64,000 bases of DNA from positions 20,969,520-21,033,519 of the forward strand of contig MU055600.1 in the NCBI GenBank assembly GCA_013239625.1. Reading direction: 5' to 3'. Below the pieces are notes generated by a model, which was not told the origin of the DNA, did not search any database, and worked only from the letters and a program-made list of their open reading frames with translations. Made by a program: the position numbers and the translations under genes. Positions 54,946-64,000 of this stretch are shown piece after piece (the first letter of the stretch is position 1; each line of letters starts with the position of its first letter). This DNA comes from Lama guanicoe (Eukaryota).

Positions 54946-57900
54946 AAAAAGAAGTTCTGATGGAGGAGAAGTTGGGGGAAAACAGCAGAGGCAGGGGCGC
55001 TGGCACAGGCTGGGGGTCAGGTGGGGGCGCCGGCCCGGGCTGGGGGGTCAGGCAGAGCCAGGGTCTGGCCGAAACCTTCCTACGTGGAGTAGCCGCCGTG
55101 AGCGCCTGAGCTCCCCGGGGAAGGAACGTGTGGTGGCGCCACCTGCCACCGCTGGCCACGGGGAGGGTTAGGTGAGGTGGTTGGGCAGGGCTTGGCCGGA
55201 GCCTGGCGGGGAAGAAGCACCCTCTACATGGCGGCTCTTCTAATCTGGGGACCAGGAGGGTCACAGGAAGCCCACCTGGCTGACCTCGCAGGGGGCCAGC
55301 CCTCAGAGCACCCGCCCCATCAGCTTGGCCGCAGTGAGGTGCCCAGGCAGGTGTGAGCCCCAAAGATCAGCTGACTCCTGCCTCTCGGGTCCTCGTGGTC
55401 AGCTTCCCCCGCCGGGAGGGAGAGAGGTCTGGGGAGAGGCCTAGCGGTGACGGGGCCGTGCAGGGAGCAGGATGGGGGAAGAGACGGAACAGGGGTGCAG
55501 CAAAGCTGACTGGGGCAGGGGAGCAGGGCAGGGCAGCTGGGCAGGGCCTCCAGGCTCTGCAGGGTCTGCGGCGGGCTCTGGGCTGAAAGCGGAGTGAACT
55601 GAGCGGCCGGAGGAACTGAATGCAAACAGTGGACGTGCGCGAGCAGGCGGGTATCCCTCCTAACTGCGTCCCTCCCCCAGGGCTGTCAGTGCTCCGAGGG
55701 CAGCCCGGGGGCTTAGTTCTGCCCTCACTGCTGTCTTCCCAACGCCTGGAGCAAGCTCTGGGGCCACGTGTTTCGTAAGTATTTCCTGAACGAACATGTC
55801 TGTGTGTGCATGTGTGTGGACGCACACACAAGCTCACAGAGGGAGCGGGTTCCCCCAGAAAGCAGGCGACACCCCGAACAGGCTCGGGGGCCCCAGCCAT
55901 TCTCTGTTGGCAGCTGAGGCCAGCACCCAAGTACCCTCCACCCGCAGGAGGCTGGGTCCCCTCGTCTGGAAGCCGGTGTGGCCGGTGGCCGTCCTAGTCC
56001 TCCTCCTTCTCCAGCCTGGGCCTCTCTGCTGCGCCCCACTCTCCCCACCCTGGCTCACCTGCATGGGGGGCTTCCCTTAGAGGCCACAGACCCGCACTGG
56101 GCAGACAGGGCCTTTCAAATTTGCCTTTGCTGTCACTTTTTCCCAGGCCCATGGAGGGGCTTGGCCTGGAGCGGGTGCTGTCTGGGGCTCACCTGGGGGC
56201 CTCTTCTCGGGGGGAGGAGCCCCTCACTCACACCTCTCTCCCCGTCACTGCCCCGTGTGGCTTGAAGAACACCCGCATGGCCCCCACTGCCTCTCACCGC
56301 ACCCCGCTGGCCACGCCTGCGGGACCAAAGAGCTCAGCGCGACTTTCCTGCATCAGCCGCGCCGTCCTCCACAGGCCCTGGCCCCGGGGGCCAGTGCGGC
56401 GGGCGTTTGCTCGGTCCCTCTGTTCGCACCCCGCTCCTCGTGCCTTCTCAGAGCTCCCGACTTCAGGGAGCTGTTTCTCCGCCCGTGTGCCCTCCGAGTG
56501 CCTTCGGGGATCAGGCCTCCTGGGGGGGTGGGGCTCTCCCCTCTGTGGGCGGAGACCCTGGAACTGCAACCTGACTAGGAGCCTGGAAGGCCAAGGCTGC
56601 CGTGGGAAGCCGGCCACGTGACCCTGGCACTTGGCACTCGGTCCTAAGGAGGCCAGGAGGCCAGGAGGTCTGGAGGCCCGGCCCAGCAGGGTCTGCATCT
56701 TCATCCAGCGGTGTGAGCTCGGGGCACTTATGGGGAAGCCGCCACCCTCAGCTCCCAAGCCACCCTCCTTTGCTGCCCCACCCACTTCCCGGGCCCCGTG
56801 CGCCGCGGGGCCCAGGCTTCAGAACTCGACCTCCCGCCCACCCAAACCCAGCTGCCGTTTGCCCGTCTCCCAGAGGCACGAGCTCGGGGGGGAGCGGTCT
56901 GTGAACAGCCGCCGGGCAGGCTGGCAGGTGCTGCTGCCCGCAGAGGTGCCCGCAATAGCGCCTTCGGGAGTCCCTGCTCCCGCTCACTCAGCCCTCCTGC
57001 TGAGTCTGGGCTGTCACCTCTTATCTGTCACGTGTGTGGAGGGTTAGGGAGCTGAGGGCGGGAGAGGCTGACTTTCAGAGTCCCCCCCCGCCCGGGCAGT
57101 GAAGATGGCAGTAAAGACGGAGGGAACAAAGACACCCTCCCCGGTGGAGCAGGAGCCTGGGGACCAGCCCTGGTTCGTGCCCGACCAGCCAGGTGATGCT
57201 GAGCGGGTCTTTCCTTCCTGGCCCGAGGGCTTCGAGGTGGTGTCTGCCAGCGGAAGGAGGAAGGAGGAAGGCGAAAAGCCGCTCCTGGCTTTCCAGTCAC
57301 AGCCCAGGTCTCACCCAGTCGATAAGGCTGAAGGACACCAACCTGAGTTGGGACTTGGACCAAGTCCCCAGCCACGCTTTCCCTAAAAGGGGCAGCTGTG
57401 AGGGTTGCGTGGCCTTTGTGTGAGTGACAGGCCCTGAAGGGAGGAGGATGCTGCCCCCTGAATAGCAGGGGGCAGAGGCCTAGAAAGAGCCCCTGGGGGG
57501 GCCAGGGAAGGCACAGGAAGCCCCTCCCTGAGTGAGTAGGGACTGGGAGGCTGGTGACCCCCGGGGGGGCCTGCCATCCTGCCTCGGCAGTGCGTGCTGT
57601 TGTTGGACCGATCGCTGCCCCGGCCCCCTGGGAACCTCAGAGGGGGCTCTCTCTCATTCTTTCTGCCAACTGGAGCCCCCTCTCCTGCTGTGTTCTCCAT
57701 CTGAACACCCCCACATCTCTGCAGGTGCAAATAGGGCCCTCCTTCACCACTTCCAGGAAATTCTCCAGATGGCTCCTCTGGCTGGAAGGCACCTTTCCCT
57801 TTCTCTCTGCATCCCTGTGGGGCTTAGCTCTGTCCTGGGGTGGTTTTGTGCACCAGGTTAGGAATCCCCTGAGCCAGGGTCTGTGTCTCAGCCTGTGTCC

Positions 57901-58359
57901 CCTCTGAGTCCACAGCCTTGAACACAGCAGGCACTGGACACCTGCTTGAAAGCCCCAGTGACGGGAGGTTAGTGATGGGTCAAGCACATAAAGAGAGGGT
58001 CCCCAGAACGGCGGCAGCTCTGGAGCTTCTTGGACCCTGCAGTTTTCCTTGGCGTCTCGAAGGCTCTGGAAGTGGCCCCAGGTGGGGAAAGCTGAGCTCT
58101 CACGGTGACTTGGGTGCCACCCACGTCCTGTGAGGCGGTCGGGGCAGCCACGGCAGGCGCTGTTTTACAGGCGAGGAGGCCGAGGCTCTGGCGGTGTGAG
58201 GACACCCGTCCCGGGGCAGAACTGGCCCTGGAAGGCCGGCCTTGGACTTCTCACAGTAGGGGACGGTGATGGGCAGGCCCACGCCCGGACTCAGGCAGGG
58301 CGGTGCCTCTGGGTCAGAGGCCGTTTTAAAAGAGCCTGTTGTTACTGCGCTGTTAACAA

Positions 58360-58830
58360 GGGAAAATAAAGGCTAGAAAACCCGTGACCCACAGTCCTCC
58401 ACCCAGATAATCCATGCGACATTGTTTTTTTTAAAAAGGAAAACCTTCATTTCACGCATAAAATAAAACGTTTAAACCTCGCTATGACTCCCGTCTCTCT
58501 CCTCGGTAACCTCTGTCCACAGGCTTTTTCTAGGAAAAAAAATTATGCAGACGGACAGCCTCGCTGTTTCTCCGCATGCGTGATTTATCACACTCACTCG
58601 CTCACACGCAGGGCCGTCCGATACCCTCGTGCTGAGCATTGCGATCTTCACACGTCGCTTGTGTTTCTGCACTTTTGCTTATTCTCCGGTGTCCACGTCC
58701 CGGCGTTCAGAGCTGCCTCCTTGGATAACGGCCGCGCTGAGTCCGCGGGGTGACGCCCTGCTGCTGTCTGACCACTGCCGAGAGCCTGTGCCCAGCTTTC
58801 CTTTGTCGGATAACTCTGCGTGCTTGCGTG
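58360..58830 (-). mobile_element. Old L1ME-type 3' fragment(s)
   Basis: cacagtcctccacccagataa...ttctgcacttttgctt...cagagctgcctccttggataacggccgc resembles the reversed L1ME 3' UTR. Confidence 0.5.
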
Positions 58831-58919
58831 AATCTGAAGGAGAAACCTTTAAAGGGAAACTCCGCTCTTTGAGTAAAGTCGTTGGTTCTGGAAAACATTG
58901 CGCGGTGTCCCCGATGAGT

Positions 58920-59500
58920 GATAATAATAACAGTAACCTGTACAGCGCCGACCATGTGCTAGACACAGTCTAGACCCATGCGTGCGTCGCTCATTTCATT
59001 GTCACAGCACCCTTAGGAAGTAGGTGCTGGTATTATCTGAAGCCCAGAGAGGTGGAGCGACTCGCCCGAGGCCACACAGCCACTGTGTTGGTTTCTTGAG
59101 CTGCCATAGCAGAGCACTACAGAGGGCGGTGTGGCCAACAGGAGTGACCTCCTGAAGCCCTGGAGGCTAGAGCCCCGAGACCAAGGTGTCAGCAGGTGCT
59201 TTCTCCGAGGCCTCTCCCTGGCTTGCCGACGGCCGTCCTCTCCTTGTGTTCTCACAGGCTCTTCCCCGCGTGCCTGCGTCCAAATTTCCTCTTGTTGTAA
59301 GGACATGAGTCCTGTCCCATCAGGGCCCACCCTAACAAGCTCACTCTACCTTACTTACCTTTATAAACACCCCGCCTCCAAACACAGTCCCATTCTTAGG
59401 ACGTTAATACGGCAATTTGGGGTGGGGGACGCATTTGGCCTGTAACAGCTAGCAAGAGGCAGAGCCAGGATTTAAACCCCATCGTGCGTCCCAGAGCCGC
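58920..59500 (-). mobile_element. MIR SINE split by an LTR (58920-59083 and 59448-59500)
   Basis: ...cccagagaggtggagcgactcgcccgaggccacacagc continues after the LTR as gctagcaagaggcagagccaggatttaaaccc. Confidence 0.85.
59084..59447 (-). mobile_element. MLT1A/B-like solo LTR, full length (364 bp)
   Basis: TG...CA termini and ctggaggctagagcc...ccaaggtgtcagcagg...caaatttcctcttgttgtaaggaca...agggcccacccta. Confidence 0.9.
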
Positions 59501-59884
59501 ATTCTAGACTAGTACCCCATGAAACCCGCACCACCAGGACGGGGTGCGCGGGCTGGGGCGAGTGGCCCTGGCCACGGCAGTGACCCTGAGCCCAGGCAGA
59601 GGGGCTCTCCCCGGGGGACACCCTCCTCTCTCAGGGCCCCGGGGCAGCAGCCCCTCTGCTCCGGCTCCAGCGGTGGGAGGCTTCAGCTCAGGTGGCCGGC
59701 GAGACCAGGGGTGCAGATCAGGGAAACCTGGCACACGGAAGAAGGTGGGTAAGCGAAGAATGGGAAGCTCACCAGGTGACAGGCTTGCGTGCACGGGGCA
59801 AAGCGCAGGTTAAAGGCTGCCGTCAGGAGGGGCAGGCAGGGCGTCAGGGGCCTTGGGGCCACGCGATGAGCCTCGTCTCAATTT

Positions 59885-60090
59885 GCTTTTAGCCGTTCTA
59901 GTGAGATGCGATTCATATGTGGTACAGTTCACCCTCTTAGAGATGGTTCTGTATTTCCACAACCCTCCGCAAGCATCACCTTCATTACCTGTGGACCATT
60001 TCCATCAGCCCACAACGAAGCCCCGTGCCCATTGGCAGGCGCTGGCCACTCCCCCACCCAGCCTGCAGCCACAGCGCATCTGCCTGCCCA
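59885..60090 (-). mobile_element. L1MB-like 3' end fragment
   Basis: tgagatgcgattcatatg...cagttcaccctctta...catttccatcagccca...cccgtgcccattggcag. Confidence 0.7.
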
Positions 60091-60244
60091 TTATTTCTTC
60101 CCAATCTCCTTACATTCTCAAAACACAGAGCTGCTGCCTTGGACCAACCATTCTTTCCAAAATACAAACAAAACCCCGTAATGAACACTCTCACTTGGGC
60201 ACCCCCGATACTCACACACCAGTAAGTTACTGAATGAGGTCACA

Positions 60245-60385
60245 TTCCAGAAAACTGCTTGGGTCCAGGCAGATCGGACGTGAAATTTGAGTTCTGTCCT
60301 GTAGAAGCTGTGCACCTTTGGAAGAGTGAATGTCCTTCTCTGAGCCTCCTGTCTTCGCCTTGGCAGTGTGGACACTACTGCCGGC
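60245..60385 (+). mobile_element. MIR fragment
   Basis: agctgtgcacctttggaagagtgaatgtccttctctgagcctc. Confidence 0.55.
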
Positions 60386-60837
60386 CTCTTGGGTCATTGG
60401 AGGTTTCAGCGGGACGGGCGAGGCCAAGAACGCAGCACAGGGCCTGGCGCGGCACGGCTTTGGCGAATGTCCTTTTCTCCCCGCCTCCCTCCCTCTCCTT
60501 ACCGTCAGGCTCCATCTTCCGGCTCTCCGCACGTCTGCGCCACCGTCTCAGAGGCCGATGACTGTTGGAGCGTTGGCGCACGGCTGACACCGGGGGAACT
60601 GTGGGCCTTGCCCCTGACTCACACGGACTCATCTCTCTTTCCTCGGGAAGGCCCGTGCCCTTTGCCCGCCTGGCTCCCAGATGGGCCAGCATCTCTCAGG
60701 TCCGCTGGGGACTGGCCTCGCTCCCCTGGCCCCCGCGGACGCCCACCTGCAGCCGCGGGCTGCTCCTCCACTGCCCCACGCCCTCACTGATGCACAGTGA
60801 AGAAGCCCACAGACGGGGCCCTCTCCCTCCTGGCCTC

Positions 60838-61045
60838 TGATGTGTTTGATCCTGGATGCATAGTTTTTCACCTAAGTGTGAATGTATTTGCAGGTTGATA
60901 GGAAACAGCCCCCATCCTGGTGACATAACACGGGCCCGCCCTGTCCTGGCTGCTATTTTGATTGTGACTCAAATGGACGAGGCCACCAGTGATCATTTAC
61001 TGAACAGGCACATAAAAAATGACGCCGGGCCGCAGCGCGCTCCCT
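60838..61045. promoter_or_regulatory. Putative conserved non-coding element
   Basis: Unique AT-rich island with AP-1 TGACTCA (60965-60971), GTTTGAT, ATTTGCA and CATAAAA. Confidence 0.4.
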
Positions 61046-61847
61046 GACAGAGCCGGCAGCCGCAGGGTGGGCAGTCTCCCTTGGCGGCGCCGCGCTTGCT
61101 GGGAGCTGCCTCGGGGGCTCTTTCCTCATCCCCGTGTCCCCTTCTCGGGGTTTTCCCGGGAGCTCTGGGTGGTGGGATGGAGGGTCGGGGCTGAGCTGCA
61201 GGCCTTCGGGGGAAGGGAGAGCCAGACCCTCGCGAGGGCGCTGAGGACGCCCCACGCCTTTCCCGCCTCATCTCGCCCCCTGCCCAGGGCAGCATGAGCG
61301 CCGTGACCCCCATGTGGTGCAGGAGGAGAGGTGGCTCCCTGGGGGTCCCCCGGCTTGTTATAGGGCCTCCCAGTTCCAAAGGAGGGAACCATCCAGACTG
61401 AACACGTCTCTGAAGCCTCTTCTCGCGTGCAGCTCTGCTCCCTCTGGTTGTAATTTTAGGGGAGCAGGGTTGCAGGGCATCCCGAGGAGACCAGCCTCCC
61501 CGGATGCGCCCCTTGAAGAGGGGAATCACAAGGGCAAAGGCTGTGGGAGGAAGGTGTGGACATGCGCCCCAGAAACCAGGTGCCTGAGCAGCTCGTGTGC
61601 CCCGGGGGGGTCTGGGGCCGGCTGTGCCCCCGGCACGTGCGCGCAGCGCCGGCCTCCCGCCCGCTCCCGGCTGAGCTGAGCCACAGGCTGCCGGGCGGCG
61701 TCAGGGCAGCCCGCAATCCAGGTGGGGGCTCCACGCTTGTCTGGGATGACGTGGGGTCCCCCAGACTCCAGCCTTTTGCACTCAGCACCATTTTAGCTTT
61801 TTCTACACACCACCTGCACTGGCACATACTTAACACGTTTGCTTACG

Positions 61848-62100
61848 CAGGTCTCACCTCAGAGACGCCGCGCGTCTGGTTCCAGATGCCACAACAAGGC
61901 CAATATCTCAGTAGAGAGTCACGGGGGTTTTTCTGTTTCCTGATACCTGCAAAAATTATGTTCAAACCATACTGTAGCCCGTTAAGTGTGCACGAGTGTT
62001 GTGTTTAAAAAAATAGTGTACAAACCTTAGTGTAAAAAATACCTGATTGCTAAAAAGTGCCAACCAGCCGCTGGGCCTTCGGCAAGTCATAATCTTTTGC
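61848..62100 (-). mobile_element. Tigger1-family (TcMar) DNA transposon end
   Basis: caggtctcacctcagagacgccgcg...ggttccaga...ttatgttcaaaccatactgtagcccgttaagtgtgca...attgctaaaaagtgc...gtcataatcttttgc follows the Tigger1 terminal sequence. Confidence 0.85.
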
Positions 62101-62324
62101 AACGTGGTCCCACGGGGGACCTGTCACTGTCAGGTCGCTGTCCCATTCAGGGCAGGAGTGGCAGCAGCAGAGCCACATCACCATCCTTAAGCCTGTGTCT
62201 TGGGCCTTCTGCTTCTTCAGGGACTGGAGCTCTGGAGTGGGGCACCCTCAGAGGATGGAGCCCCGGGCCCCCGGAGAGGGGCTGAGAGCCAGCGGGCGCC
62301 CCGCGAGGGCCCTGGGAGACGGGC

Positions 62325-62513
62325 AGGGCCCTGTTCTAAGAACTGCACACACACTAGCTGATTTAGACGCCACAACAGCTCTACGAGAGAGGTCCTAGTT
62401 TTAGCCCGTTTCCAGCTGAGGGAACTGAAGGGTTCAGAGAGATGAAATGACTTGCCCGATGTCGCACAGCAGCGCCGGCCTGGCTGCGACCCGAGCCCAG
62501 GTGTTCTGGCCCC
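62325..62513 (-). mobile_element. MIR SINE
   Basis: cccgtttccagctgagggaactgaagggttcagagagatgaaatgacttgcccgatgtcgcacagc. Confidence 0.85.
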
Positions 62514-62789
62514 AGAACAGACACCCCGCCTCTCACAGGCTGCTTCTCTGACCCTGCAGGAGGCGCTCCCTCACCTGCCGTGCCCCCGAAAGGCTCCTCC
62601 CTTGTCAGTCTCCTGTGGGTGTGGTTCAGTACCCCATCCTCTGTTCAACTGTACACCCCTGCAGCCCCTACAGGATAGAACTGCCAGCCTTAGTGCTATC
62701 TGAATTGGTCAGGCGTTTTTTGACAGGGAGGAAATACAAGGTTTGAAACCCCCGGGTGTCTGAAGCCAGGGAGGGGGTGCTCTGCAGAG

Positions 62790-62969
62790 CTGGGGTTCTT
62801 AGAGCCGGCTTGCCCTGGAATCTCCCGAAGGAGATTAAAACAAGAGCTGGGCCTGCCCCAGAGTTTGGGGATCAGCAAGAGGGGTGGTGTTCGAGAATTT
62901 GCATTTCTAACAGGTTCTCAGGTGGCAGTGCTGTGGCTGGCTTGGGAACCCCACTTTGAGAACCACTGC
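62790..62969. mobile_element. MER5A (hAT-Charlie)
   Basis: gagaatttgcatttctaacaggttctcaggtg...ccactttgagaaccactg. Confidence 0.9.
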
Positions 62970-63069
62970 CTCAGAGAAAGGGGAAGCTGGGTGCCCGAGG
63001 CAGACTTTTCCGTCTTCACCGGGGCCGAGGCAGACAGGGGAAGTTGTGGGGGGCGCCCTGTCGGAGCCT

Positions 63070-63380
63070 GGCAGCGATTATGCACCCCCTCCCGCCGCTG
63101 CGCGAGGCCCTCGGGCCCAGCGTGATGAATAGACCTCATTTAAGCCAGGCCCGCGCCGTGTGTGGAAAACACCTCTGTACGGATCTCTCAGGTTTTTATT
63201 AACCGTTTTACTGTCACAGTTTCAAAATCAATCAAAGTGTGGCCCTCCGGAGACTCGCGGCGGCGCGAGGGCCGGGGCTCCCGGACTAACTGCAGCGCGG
63301 GCGGGGCCTCGAGCGCGGCTGGGCGGCCGAGGGCGGGCGGCGGTGGCCGCGTCCTTCCCCTGCGCCGGGAACGGCAGCTT
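63070..63380. promoter_or_regulatory. Putative enhancer flanked by CpG-rich patches
   Basis: The core has TTTTATTAA, CTGTCA (MEIS), ATCAATCA (PBX) and ATCAAAG (TCF), with CpG-dense flanks. Confidence 0.55.
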
Positions 63381-64000
63381 TGTCCTCTCTCTGAACCGAA
63401 GCCTCAAGCCCAGACCAGACCAGCCGCACACACTTGTTGATCCTTGAACTAAACCCAGATCTGAACTTCTCTTGTGAACCACTTTCCAAACCTCTGTTCA
63501 AAACAGAAGAGCAAGGGGGCACGAGAGACCCTGAGCAAACCGGTTTGAATCGGAAGGGAACCCATCCTCCCCGAACCAGTCAACTGAAACAGACCTGGGC
63601 CATCCAGGCCTTCAGAGTTGATGAGAGTCGATGTTTCAGCAGGCCCGGCTCCCTGGCGTGACAGAAGCCACGCTCAGGTGTGGAGAGGTGCCACCCTGAG
63701 CTCCAGGGGGAGCGAGGGTCTCTGTACTGACTGAACCCTCCCTGGGAAGCCCCATCGTGTGGCGAGGGAGACTGTACCTCCACCGCCACCTCCCAGCCCA
63801 ACGTGGGAGGAACATCTGCCCTGGCCTGTCTCCTGAATCCCCAGGGTGCGGCCAAAGCCCTGGCCTGCGGCTAAGCGGTAGGGATCCAGGCCTTGCTGAC
63901 CTCTGCAGAGGGACCACAGGCGGTGGCCCTAATCCTCACTCAGCCTCCCCCAGCAGAGCGAAGGAGGAAGGTCTTTCCAAACTTGGGTGCAGAGTCAGAG

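Noticed and set aside
57099-57386. 95-aa ORF with plausible composition (MAVKTEGTKTPSP...)
   Set aside because: No recognisable homolog and no promoter, splice or poly(A) context. It cannot be supported without PhyloCSF or ribosome profiling.
1-64000. Naming the host or target gene
   Set aside because: No exon is visible and I do not recognise any element with certainty. Several developmental loci share this architecture, so a name would be a guess.

Overview
GC-rich mammalian genomic DNA, most likely a camelid (camel, llama or alpaca), judged from one tRNA-derived SINE at about 1430-1572 that has the camelid-type structure. I find no credible protein-coding exon, RNA gene or CRISPR array. 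The ORF track is what GC-rich, stop-poor non-coding DNA produces by chance. The window is an intron or gene desert made of: (i) old eutherian repeats (MIR, L2, L1M, MLT1/ERVL LTRs, MER5, MER63, Tigger1); (ii) microsatellites; (iii) about 15 unique, locally AT-rich islands dense in homeodomain, PBX-HOX, forkhead, POU, SOX and nuclear-receptor motifs. These islands look like an array of conserved non-coding enhancers (a genomic regulatory block) serving a developmental gene I cannot name. Main observations: all four N-runs (164, 132, 140 and 355 bp) lie inside these enhancer-like islands rather than in repeats, suggesting the most conserved cores were masked or lost. Several ancient L1 relics show a strong AT-to-GC shift with new CpGs, consistent with GC-biased gene conversion. 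A DR1 and a perfect DR3 nuclear-receptor element flank the first N-run, and there are homotypic forkhead and TAATC clusters. Repeat family names come from my recollection of consensus sequences and conservation is inferred from composition, so both need confirming by alignment.
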